Source: Thermococcus kodakarensis KOD1 (GTDB taxonomy: Archaea; Methanobacteriota_B; Thermococci; Thermococcales; Thermococcaceae). Taken from it: a stretch of DNA of 32,000 nucleotides. Where the stretch lies: positions 1,110,001 through 1,142,000 of the forward strand of contig NC_006624.1 of NCBI RefSeq assembly GCF_000009965.1, written 5' to 3'. How positions within the stretch are numbered: position 1 is the first letter of the stretch; every line of letters starts with the position of its first letter. Shown piece by piece: positions 1 through 8,031 of the stretch. The notes beneath the pieces are model-generated. The model saw only the letters and a list, made by a program, of their open reading frames with translations, had not been told where the DNA came from and did no database searches. The position numbers and the translations under genes are program-made.

Positions 1-198
1 AGCCGCAAGGACTTTACTGCTGTCAAGCAGGAGTGTTATGTAATATTTGTTACGGCTATCCTTAGAGAATATCTTCAAGAATACCCCACTTCCTTGAGAG
101 AGGGCCTCTTGGATTAAATTACTCAGTTCCATTTTAGAGGTAACGACCGCGTTCTCTACCATGGGAGTCTTTGTTGGAAGCTCCATGGGCACCACCAT
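1..198 (-). CDS. hypothetical protein, N-terminal fragment (ORF continues past the left edge of the window)
   Basis: My own translation of the minus strand from ATG at 198 gives 66 stop-free codons down to position 1: MVVPMELPTKTPMVENAVVTSKMELSNLIQEALSQGSGVFLKIFSKDSRNKYYITLLLDSSKVLAA. A TATA-like 'tatatatat' lies at 203-211, so the true start may be the internal ATG at 186 or 162. It is open-ended and therefore absent from the ORF track. No family recognised. Confidence 0.35.
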   Translation of the reverse strand, partial: MVVPMELPTKTPMVENAVVTSKMELSNLIQEALSQGSGVFLKIFSKDSRNKYYITLLLDSSKVLAA

Positions 199-291
199 TA
201 GCTATATATATTGCCTCGCCAACAGAACCAAATGGCAAATTCACTTCATAGTGTACCAGGGTAACTATTTAAACATTATTGTCCGACTAGG

Positions 292-1764
292 GTGATGCTG
301 ATGAGGATACTAATACTTGGAGGGGGCATCCTGGGGCGTCTGATAGCAGAGGCACTCCGCGGTGAATTTGAGGTTACTATCATAGAGAAAGACGAGCTAA
401 GAGCTCAAACTCTGAGCGAAGGCGGGTTAAATGTAGTCCACGGAGACTTCTCATACACTGCCACACTACTGAAGGCAGGCATCGACAAAGCGGACCTGCT
501 CGTAATAACTACGATGGATCTCGAAACCATCAAAAAAACTGTTTATGTCGTGAGAAGCAACAGCAAGAACATCCCAATCGTTACAGTTTTACCCGATGGC
601 ACAACTATTGAGAGCATTAAAGAGGACTTAAAAGCCTCTTTCGAGGCCGATTTAAACATTGACTACGCAATAACCCCCATGGATGCCATTAGGGATGCCC
701 TCCTGGCTGTCATACACCGCATTGGTGAAAAGAAGAACCTGAACCTTCTCCTCAAAAAGTTAAGGGAGCTTAGAGAGTCCGCCGATACACTGGGAATAAT
801 AATGCACGACAACCCGGATCCAGATTCAATAGCGAGCGCCACGGCCCTGGCAGCTATTGCCCAGACTCTCGGGTTTAAAACAAAGATTTTCCACGGTGGT
901 GAGATAACCCACCACGAAAACAGAGCTTTCATAAACCTACTTGGAATTGAACTCACCAAAGTTTCACGGGGATCGTATGAGATAAAGAGGATGCCTTTCC
1001 TTGCCCTCGTTGACTGCCAGCCAAACGGCAATCTGACCATTCTCGAAGAAGCTGACCTTGAGAGAATCAAGATAGTGATAGACCACCACCAGGTTCTCCA
1101 GCATTTGAGTGAGTTATTGCCCGAAGATGCGTTCACGGATATCCGTCCAGAAGTAAATTCGGCATCCTCTATCCTTGTAGAGTACCTCAGGGGCATGAAC
1201 TATCCTTTGACTCCGGCTTTAGCTACCGCCCTATTCTACGGAATATACGTGGACACAAAGAAGTTCTCCAAGCTCAGCCCGGTTGATTTAAAAGCTATCG
1301 AGTTCCTCGCAGGAAAGGTCGATTATGAGATTCTCGATAAAATAGAGCACCCCGACATAAGCACCGAAACAGCTGAAATACTCGCGAGGGCAATACTGAA
1401 CCGCAGGATGTACAAGAACGTCGTTATCAGCAACGTTGGCTTCATAAAGAACAGAGACGCCCTGGCAGAAGCGGCGGACTTCCTCCTTAGGCTGGAAGGG
1501 ATAACAACAGTTCTGGTCTTTGGCATAGTTGAGGACTACATAGAGATGTCGGCCAGGACTCGGGATGTCCGCGTTAACATAGGGAAAGTCATGAAAGAGG
1601 CATTTGGGGAAATCGGCAGCGGTGGCGGCCATGCCCGCGCAGGGGGCGCAAGAATTCCGCTCGGACTTTTCAAGCTGGCCAAAGACAAGAACTCCCTCCT
1701 TAGGCTCGCAGAGGAAGCTATAACGGAAAAATTCCTTGAGGCACTGAACATAAAGGAAGGCTAA
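292..1764 (+). CDS. DHH/DHHA1 family phosphoesterase (RecJ/NrnA-like) with an N-terminal TrkA-N-like Rossmann domain
   Basis: 490-aa ORF. The N-terminus RILILGGGILGRLIAEAL...IIEKD...VVHGD is a GxGxxG Rossmann/TrkA-N pattern. DHH motifs are IIMHDNPDPDSIAS, LVDCQ and VIDHHQ. The DHHA1 motif GSGGGHARAGGA lies near the C-terminus. A TATA-like 'ctatttaaac' sits at 265-274. The start could be GTG292, ATG295 or ATG301. Confidence 0.85.
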   Translation: MMLMRILILGGGILGRLIAEALRGEFEVTIIEKDELRAQTLSEGGLNVVHGDFSYTATLLKAGIDKADLLVITTMDLETIKKTVYVVRSNSKNIPIVTVLPDGTTIESIKEDLKASFEADLNIDYAITPMDAIRDALLAVIHRIGEKKNLNLLLKKLRELRESADTLGIIMHDNPDPDSIASATALAAIAQTLGFKTKIFHGGEITHHENRAFINLLGIELTKVSRGSYEIKRMPFLALVDCQPNGNLTILEEADLERIKIVIDHHQVLQHLSELLPEDAFTDIRPEVNSASSILVEYLRGMNYPLTPALATALFYGIYVDTKKFSKLSPVDLKAIEFLAGKVDYEILDKIEHPDISTETAEILARAILNRRMYKNVVISNVGFIKNRDALAEAADFLLRLEGITTVLVFGIVEDYIEMSARTRDVRVNIGKVMKEAFGEIGSGGGHARAGGARIPLGLFKLAKDKNSLLRLAEEAITEKFLEALNIKEG

Positions 1765-1806
1765 AGGAAGAGAGAACAACCCTTTTCATTTATTTGATTC
1801 CAAGGA

Positions 1807-2016
1807 TCACTCCTCTTTTGCCCTTACGAGTATTATATCCCCAATGGCAGTAACGCGGTCGTAGGGAACCCCAACTTTTTCACCAGGAAGCACAAGTGCC
1901 AGCACCCTGCCGCAGCCCTGGTCTATCTCTATTAGAACCTCATCAACGTAACCGACGTAGTTGCCCTTTGTATTATATATCTGCTTGCCGTATATTGCTG
2001 AAAGCCTCATCACCAT
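1807..2016 (-). CDS. PRC-barrel domain protein
   Basis: Small ORF with SAIYGKQIYNTKGNYVGYVDEVLIEIDQGCGRVLALVL...VPYDRVTAIGDIILV, typical of archaeal PRC-barrel proteins. GGTGAT precedes ATG at 2016; the ORF track extends to GTG at 2025. It lies 9-18 nt downstream of the preceding gene on the same strand. Confidence 0.7.
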   Translation of the reverse strand: MVMRLSAIYGKQIYNTKGNYVGYVDEVLIEIDQGCGRVLALVLPGEKVGVPYDRVTAIGDIILVRAKEE

Positions 2017-2034
2017 TGCAATCACCAGGGCAGG

Positions 2035-2572
2035 TTAGCAATGGACGTATTTAAACGTTGTCTTTTGGAATGCCCCTAAACCCCATCGCATCATAGAACC
2101 CAACACCAAGAAGAGCGCCACACGTCCACTACTCTTTATCACCGAGAAGAGGCCGCCCTCGACCCCCTGAAAAGGCTCAAAACTCCTGAATAAAAAGAGA
2201 ACAACCGCAAATCCGCCCGCATAATTGGAAAAACCCAACAGTGCATCGTTTAAATCGGAGGGCTTTATCACAAAGGCAGCCATCAAAGCCAGAACCGCAA
2301 GAATGTAGTCAAAGCTTTTCACTCCGCCCCCATAAGCCCAGGAAAGTACGAGCACGGCAGTGAAAACCACCCCCCATTAAGGAAGCCGCGGGAGCGACCC
2401 TAAATCCCGCTGGCCCGAGGTACATCCCAAGCACAACACCCACAGCCGCACCCAGAAGTATGGAGTAGGCCATGTAATCCCTGCTTGCAGCGTATCCAAA
2501 GAAAACAACCAAGAATCCAAAAAGGCCCCCCAACCCAGAGTAGGCCAGAACAGCGTTCAACCTTGCGTTCAT
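2035..2572 (-). pseudogene. small polytopic membrane protein split by a frameshift at a G6 (plus-strand C6) homopolymer
   Basis: Two overlapping minus-strand ORFs (2309..2572 and 2035..2370) are both Gly/Ala/Leu-rich and TM-like up to and after the run at 2370-2375. After the run, the upstream frame turns into basic non-membrane sequence (GGFHCRARTFLGLWGRSEKL*). The downstream frame has a TAA at 2377-2379. Deleting one G gives ...AASLMGVVFTAVLVLSW... and one protein of about 177 aa. Its ATG at 2572 overlaps the ribK stop (ATGA). Confidence 0.5.
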
Positions 2573-3204
2573 TGGATTACCTCAAGTCTTACCCTGTCCC
2601 CGTCCTTAAGCTTCAGCGCCTCCCTCAAATTCACCGGTGCAATTATCTCGGCTATCCTGGGGGGATGTATGGTTCGAGAAGGAACGACTATAGCCCCCTT
2701 GATCCCACCTATCATAACGGGATACGCCTTAACATCACCAAAAGTCCGGCCATCTTTGACGAAGCCAGGGATTATTACCGGCCTAATATTGCAAACTGCA
2801 TCAAGCACAGTCTTGGGAAACAGAATTTTAACGTTCAAAGTGCCTGGAAACGGCTTAAATCCAAGGTACTCCTCGATAAGGGGTTCGTACTGCCTTACAT
2901 AATAAGCACCTTCCCCAAGTCCCGACACGACTTCACCCACTATCACTCCCTTTGATAGTGCGTTTGATATTTTGTCGCAGATATCCTGAAGGAAATCTAG
3001 ACCCTTTGGGAGAATCTCAATATATGTTCTCCTTCCCTCCGTCTTTCGCTCTATCAGTCCCTCATCCTCAAGCTCCGCAAGGAGACGGAGAACAGTCTGG
3101 GGGGACGTATTAAGGGCATCAGCAAGTTCTCTTATCGTAATTCGAACGGGTCGTCCTATCGCGTTTCTCTCAGATAATTCGATGAGCATCAATATTTTCT
3201 TCAT
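2569..3204 (-). CDS. ribK: bifunctional winged-HTH regulator / CTP-dependent archaeal riboflavin kinase (RbkR type)
   Basis: The C-terminal half [38 protein letters not shown]...[36 protein letters not shown] closely matches the MJ0056-type CTP-dependent riboflavin kinase. The N-terminal part [33 protein letters not shown] is a winged HTH. The likely start is ATG at 3204 ([10 protein letters not shown]). The ORF-track extension to 3258 overlaps the promoter palindrome. Confidence 0.9.
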   Translation of the reverse strand: MKKILMLIELSERNAIGRPVRITIRELADALNTSPQTVLRLLAELEDEGLIERKTEGRRTYIEILPKGLDFLQDICDKISNALSKGVIVGEVVSGLGEGAYYVRQYEPLIEEYLGFKPFPGTLNVKILFPKTVLDAVCNIRPVIIPGFVKDGRTFGDVKAYPVMIGGIKGAIVVPSRTIHPPRIAEIIAPVNLREALKLKDGDRVRLEVIQ

Positions 3205-3228
3205 TCTTCTGCCACCGCCACAACCTCT

Positions 3229-3259
3229 GTTGTTACGTTTTAAAATGTTTCGTAACAAC
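3229..3259. promoter_or_regulatory. perfect 9-13-9 inverted repeat (GTTGTTACG-N13-CGTAACAAC) spanning the TATA-like element upstream of ribK/rbkR; candidate operator
   Basis: Read directly: gttgttacg (3229-3237), ttttaaaatgttt (3238-3250), cgtaacaac (3251-3259). The spacer contains the AT-rich ttttaaaa. It lies 25-55 nt upstream of the ATG at 3204. Confidence 0.5.
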
Positions 3260-3400
3260 CTAGCTCCAAAGTTAGATGTTATCCATGAGCATGTATTTTT
3301 TCTCTGATCACATGACCATCATAGTATTCAGCAAAAAGAAAAGCGGATTTGGACTTAGATCTGAGGGTGAAAATTTAATATTCGAACTATCCTTCACCTC

Positions 3401-4162
3401 TTGGTGGTCTACGTGCACGAGCTCTACACGGTGCTAGCTGAATACTACGACACAATCTACAAAAGTAGAGCCGAGAGGGTTAAGGAAGAGATTGACTTCG
3501 TCGAGGAAATCTTTAGGGAGGACGCGAAGAGAGAGGTAAAGCGCGTTCTCGACCTGGCCTGCGGGACTGGGATCCCAACGCTCGAACTTGCCGAGAGGGG
3601 CTACGAGGTCCTCGGTCTCGACCTGCACGAGGAGATGTTGAGGGTTGCGAGGCGGAAGGCAGAGGCTCGGGGTTTGAACGTCAAGTTCATCCGGGGCAAC
3701 GCCCTGGATATAAGCTTTGAGGAAGAGTTCGACGCTGTTACGATGTTCTTCTCTTCAATCATGTATTTCGATGATTCTGCAATTCGGGAATTATTTAATT
3801 CTGTAAGGAGGACGCTGAGGCCAGGAGGGGTCTTCATAGCTGACTTCCCATGCTGGTTCTACGGCGGGAACGATGGCCCGATAGTGTGGGACGAAAGGAG
3901 GGGAGATGAAAGGCTCGTGATAACCGACTGGCGGGAGGTTGAGCCGGCCGTTCAAAAGCTCCGCTTCAAGAGACTCGTGCAAATAATCATGCCGAACGGA
4001 GAGACAAAGGCGTTTTTCGTCGATGACGAACTCAATATCTACACGCCGAGGGAGATGAGGCTTCTGGCAGAGCAGTACTTCAGCGAGGTCAAAATCTACG
4101 GGAACCTGAGGAGGGACATCGCCCCCAGCGACAGGAGGTACTGGCTGGTGGCCGTGAAGTGA
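3401..4162 (+). CDS. class I SAM-dependent methyltransferase
   Basis: Motif I VLDLACGTGIPTLELAERGYEVLGLDL, followed by post-I and motif II/III patterns (FDAVTMFFSS, LRPGGVFI). Start is ambiguous (TTG3401, GTG3404 or GTG3413). TATA-like 'aaaatttaatat' lies about 25 nt upstream. Confidence 0.85.
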   Translation: MVVYVHELYTVLAEYYDTIYKSRAERVKEEIDFVEEIFREDAKREVKRVLDLACGTGIPTLELAERGYEVLGLDLHEEMLRVARRKAEARGLNVKFIRGNALDISFEEEFDAVTMFFSSIMYFDDSAIRELFNSVRRTLRPGGVFIADFPCWFYGGNDGPIVWDERRGDERLVITDWREVEPAVQKLRFKRLVQIIMPNGETKAFFVDDELNIYTPREMRLLAEQYFSEVKIYGNLRRDIAPSDRRYWLVAVK

Positions 4163-4360
4163 CCCAAACTTTTTTAAATACGCTGGCCATTTCTATACCC
4201 TGGTGGTGCCTATCGTCCACCGTAACACCTATTTCAACCCCTGAATTCCAGGCGTTCCGCCCTTCTGGGTTAGCTCAAGCTCTGGCACCACCGCGGCTAA
4301 GGTTTTTAAAAGGCCCTTCTGAGGTTATCCCATCTTCAGAAAAACCAAAGGGTGATGCCC

Positions 4361-7027
4361 ATGCTTCCTAAAAACTACGACCCCAACGAGATTGAGCCCA
4401 AGTGGCAGAAGTTCTGGCTCGATGAGAAGATATACAAGTACGAGCTCGACGAAAAGAAGCCGAGCTACGCGATTGATACGCCCCCACCGTTCACGAGCGG
4501 AACGCTCCACCTCGGCCACGTTCTCAGCCACACCTGGATCGACATCATAGCCAGATACAAGAGGATGACCGGCTACAACGTGCTCTTCCCGCAGGGCTTC
4601 GACAACCACGGCCTTCCAACAGAGCTGAAGGTCGAGAAGGAGTTCGGCATAAGCAAGGACCAGCCAGAGAAGTTCCTCCAGAAGTGTATCGAATGGACCT
4701 GGCAGGCCATAGAGGCGATGAGGAACCAGTTCATAAGGATAGGCTATTCCGCCGACTGGGACCTCGAGTACCACACGATGGACGACTGGTACAAGGCAGC
4801 TGTCCAGAAGTCCCTCATCGAGTTCTACAAGAAGGGAATGCTCTACCAGGCGGAGCACCCAGTCTATTGGTGCCCGCGCTGCAGGACGAGTCTTGCCAAG
4901 GCAGAGGTCGGCTATGTGGAAGAGGATGGCTTCCTCTACTACATCAAGCTCCCGCTCGCCGATGGAAGCGGTCACGTGCCGATAGCCACCACCAGGCCAG
5001 AACTCATGCCCGCCTGTGTGGCAGTTTTCGTCCACCCTGAGGACGAGCGCTACAAGCATGTTGTCGGCAAGAAAGTGAAGCTCCCGATATTCGAGAGGGA
5101 AGTTCCCGTTCTGGCCGACGAGGACGTTGACCCGAGCTTTGGAACTGGTGCTGTCTACAACTGTACCTACGGCGACGAGCAGGACGTCGTCTGGCAGAAG
5201 CGCTACAACCTTCCGGTCATCATAGCTATCAACGAGGACGGAACGATGAACGAGAACGCCGGGCCCTATGCAGGGCTTAAGACAGAGGAAGCCAGGAAGA
5301 AGATAGCCGAAGACCTTGAAAAGATGGGTCTCCTCTACAAGAAGGAGAAGATAAGGCACAGGGTCCTCCGCCACACCGAGAGGAGCTCCTGTATGGCTCC
5401 CATCGAGCTCCTGCCGAAGAAGCAGTGGTTCATCAAGGTGAAAGATTTCACGGATGAAATCGTCAAGGTTGCCGAGCAGATAAACTGGTACCCACCGGAC
5501 ATGTTCCTCCGCCTGAAGGACTGGGCGGAGTCAATGGACTGGGACTGGGTCATCAGCAGGCAGAGGGTCTTTGGAACGCCGATACCATTCTGGGTCTGCG
5601 ATAACGGCGAGATAATCCTGCCGAACGAGGAAGATCTGCCAGTTGACCCGCGCTTTGAGAAGCCCCCGAGGAAGTGCTCCGACGGGAGCGAGCCAAAGCC
5701 TGTAACTGACGTCCTCGACTGCTGGGTCGACTCGAGCATAACCCCGCTCATAATCACCAAGTGGCACGAGGCCATTAAGGGCGACGAAGAGGGTAAGAAG
5801 TGGTTCGAGCACAACTTCCCAACGGCTCTGAGGCCGCAGGGAACGGACATCATAAGAACGTGGGCGTTCTACACAATATTCAGAACGTGGGTTCTCACCG
5901 GCGAGAAGCCCTGGCACGACATCCTCATCAACGGTATGGTCGCCGGACCGGACGGAAGGAAGATGAGCAAGAGCTATGGCAACGTGGTTGCCCCGGACGA
6001 GGTCATTCCAAAGTACGGCGCTGACGCTCTAAGGCTCTGGACGGCTTTAGCGCCGCCCGGAGAGGACCACCCGTTCAAATGGGAGACCGTTGACTACAAC
6101 TACCGCTTCCTCCAGAAGGTCTGGAACATCTATCGCTTCGCCGAGAGGCACCTTGAGAACTTTGACCCGGCGAGCGCCCCAGAAGAGCTCGAACCGCTCG
6201 ACCGCTGGATACTCAGCAGGCTCCACAGGCTTATCAAGTTCGCGACCGAGGAGATGGAGAAGTACCGCTTCAACCTCCTCACCAGGGAGCTGATAACCTT
6301 CGTCTGGCACGAGGTCGCGGATGACTACATTGAGATGATCAAGTACAGGCTCTACGGCGACGACGAGGAGAGCAAGCTGAAGGCGAAGGCTGCCCTCTAC
6401 GAGCTGCTCTACAACGTGATGCTCCTGCTGGCCCCGTTCGTGCCGCACATCACGGAGGAGCTCTACCAGAACCTCTTCCGCGAGAGGATTGGAGCCAAGA
6501 GCGTCCACCTACTCGAGTGGCCGAAGTACAGCGAGGCCAGGATTGACGAGGAGGCTGAAAAGCTCGGAGAGCTCGCTCGCGAGATCGTCGGCGCCATGAG
6601 ACGCTACAAGAACAGCCACGGCCTCTCGCTCAACGCCAAGCTCAAGCACGTGGCAATCTACACCACCGATTCCTACGAGGTGCTCAAGACCATAGAGAAA
6701 GACATAGCTGGAACCATGAACATCGAGAAGCTTGAGATAATCAAGGGCGAGCCCGAGCTTGAAGAGAGGATAATCGAGATAAAGCCGAACTTCAAGACGG
6801 TAGGACCGCGCTATGGAAAGCTCGTGCCGAAGATCACCGCCTACCTCAAAGAGAACGCGGAAGAGGTGGCAAAGGCACTCAAGGAGAGCGGAAAGATCGA
6901 GTTCGAGGTCGATGGCCAGAAGGTAGAACTTACCAAGGACGACATCGTGCTCAGGAAGGCCGTCTTCAGCGAGGGAGAAGAGGTCGAGACGGCGGTCGTT
7001 GGAGACGCTGTGATACTCTTCTTCTGA
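4361..7027 (+). CDS. valS: valine--tRNA ligase (ValRS)
   Basis: Class I aaRS signatures PPPFTSGTLHLGH (HIGH) and KMSKS. The length of about 890 aa and the overall pattern fit archaeal ValRS rather than IleRS or LeuRS. GGGTGAT lies 4 nt before ATG4361; the ORF track begins at GTG4352. Confidence 0.95.
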   Translation: MLPKNYDPNEIEPKWQKFWLDEKIYKYELDEKKPSYAIDTPPPFTSGTLHLGHVLSHTWIDIIARYKRMTGYNVLFPQGFDNHGLPTELKVEKEFGISKDQPEKFLQKCIEWTWQAIEAMRNQFIRIGYSADWDLEYHTMDDWYKAAVQKSLIEFYKKGMLYQAEHPVYWCPRCRTSLAKAEVGYVEEDGFLYYIKLPLADGSGHVPIATTRPELMPACVAVFVHPEDERYKHVVGKKVKLPIFEREVPVLADEDVDPSFGTGAVYNCTYGDEQDVVWQKRYNLPVIIAINEDGTMNENAGPYAGLKTEEARKKIAEDLEKMGLLYKKEKIRHRVLRHTERSSCMAPIELLPKKQWFIKVKDFTDEIVKVAEQINWYPPDMFLRLKDWAESMDWDWVISRQRVFGTPIPFWVCDNGEIILPNEEDLPVDPRFEKPPRKCSDGSEPKPVTDVLDCWVDSSITPLIITKWHEAIKGDEEGKKWFEHNFPTALRPQGTDIIRTWAFYTIFRTWVLTGEKPWHDILINGMVAGPDGRKMSKSYGNVVAPDEVIPKYGADALRLWTALAPPGEDHPFKWETVDYNYRFLQKVWNIYRFAERHLENFDPASAPEELEPLDRWILSRLHRLIKFATEEMEKYRFNLLTRELITFVWHEVADDYIEMIKYRLYGDDEESKLKAKAALYELLYNVMLLLAPFVPHITEELYQNLFRERIGAKSVHLLEWPKYSEARIDEEAEKLGELAREIVGAMRRYKNSHGLSLNAKLKHVAIYTTDSYEVLKTIEKDIAGTMNIEKLEIIKGEPELEERIIEIKPNFKTVGPRYGKLVPKITAYLKENAEEVAKALKESGKIEFEVDGQKVELTKDDIVLRKAVFSEGEEVETAVVGDAVILFF

Positions 7028-7108
7028 GCTTGCCTTCTTTACATTTCCTTGTTACCCAGGGTCAACCTTTTTAAAGCCATTTCCAAAGAGGGTGGAAGGT
7101 GAGAGACT

Positions 7109-7519
7109 ATGAAGAGACTACCTGGTAGCGTGAGAAGAGCCATCCGCGCGAGATACTATGACATAGAGCCGCGAGCGTGGATTGGGAAGAAAGGGTTAGC
7201 CGAGAGTGTCATCGAGGAGATAAACACCCAGCTTGAAAAGGATGGGATCCTGAAAGTTGAGATAAGGAAGGGCGCGCTCATCTCAACCGGAATGGACAGA
7301 AAAGCCATAGCAGAGAGGGTCGCGGAGCTCACCGACAGCGAGCTTATAGACGTCAGGGGCAAAAGGTTTATATTGTTCAAACCGAGGGAAGGCTGGGAAA
7401 GGTATTTAAGGCGCCTTGAAAGAAAGGCGTCCGCTGAGAGGCGGGAGGAGAAACCCGTCCAGAAAGTCAGGCTCGATATCGCTAACTTCAGAAAGAAGTT
7501 TAAGAAGGGGAGGGATTGA
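7109..7519 (+). CDS. YhbY/CRM-domain RNA-binding protein
   Basis: RAIRARYYDIEPRAWIGKKGLAESVIEEINTQLEKDGILKVEI...IDVRGKRFILFKP is the CRS1/YhbY fold pattern, followed by a basic C-terminal tail. The RBS is GGTGAG. It lies 3 nt upstream of rps19e. Confidence 0.85.
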   Translation: MKRLPGSVRRAIRARYYDIEPRAWIGKKGLAESVIEEINTQLEKDGILKVEIRKGALISTGMDRKAIAERVAELTDSELIDVRGKRFILFKPREGWERYLRRLERKASAERREEKPVQKVRLDIANFRKKFKKGRD

Positions 7520-7522
7520 AAG

Positions 7523-7975
7523 ATGGCGACTGTCTATGACGTTCCCGGTGACCTGCTCGTCGAGAGGGTTGCCAAGGCTCTGAAGGAGGTTCCCGAGATA
7601 AAGCCGCCCGAGTGGGCCCCGTTCGTCAAGACCGGAAGGCACAAGGAGAGACTTCCCGAGCAGGAGGACTGGTGGTACTACCGCGTTGCCAGCGTCTTCA
7701 GGAAGGTCTACATTGATGGCCCGGTCGGAATCGAGAGGCTCAGGACTTGGTACGGCGGCAGGAAGAACCGCGGCCACGCTCCGGAGCACTTCTACAAGGC
7801 CGGCGGAAGCATCATCAGGAAGGCACTCCAGCAGCTTGAGGCCGCTGGCTTCGTCCAGAAGGTTCCGGGCGAGGGAAGAATCGTTACCCCGAAGGGCCAG
7901 AGCTTCCTCGACAAGATCGCCACAGAGCTCAAGAAGGAGCTTGAGGAGCAGATTCCCGAGCTCAAGAAGTACTGA
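7523..7975 (+). CDS. rps19e: 30S ribosomal protein eS19
   Basis: [22 protein letters not shown]...[56 protein letters not shown] is unmistakably S19e. Confidence 0.95.
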
Positions 7976-8031
7976 GCTCTCTTCTCATATGTTTTTTGAG
8001 AGTCCAAGTACTGAATTTGGATAGCTCATGC

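Noticed and set aside
47-54. TTGTTACG, matching 8 of 9 bases of the rbkR operator half-site
   Set aside because: It is a single half-site with no partner and lies inside a coding region. An 8-mer is expected about once by chance in a window of this size on two strands.
2485-2955. 156-aa plus-strand ORF, and 2669..2902, antisense to ribK
   Set aside because: These are shadow ORFs opposite a confidently assigned gene and have no motifs.
3205-3258. N-terminal extension of the ribK ORF ([18 protein letters not shown])
   Set aside because: The extension overlaps the promoter palindrome and TATA-like element and is a basic low-complexity peptide. The HTH domain begins naturally at [10 protein letters not shown] (ATG3204).
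4163-4351. Unusually long 189-nt leader/intergenic region upstream of valS, with a small stem (GGTGG-N10-CCACC near 4201-4220) and a 70-aa ORF (4159..4371)
   Set aside because: The stem is short and unsupported. The ORF starts at GTG overlapping the methyltransferase stop, is Pro/Ser/Leu-rich and runs into the valS start. The region contains ordinary TATA-like elements (ttttttaaata, ggtttttaaaagg), so I see no evidence for an RNA gene or leader peptide.
4325-5374. 349-aa minus-strand ORF, plus smaller ones, opposite valS
   Set aside because: It lies entirely antisense to a confidently identified ValRS gene. Its composition is Leu/Val/Glu/His-rich, as expected for the shadow frame of a GC3-rich gene. 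It has no RBS or promoter context and no recognisable motif.
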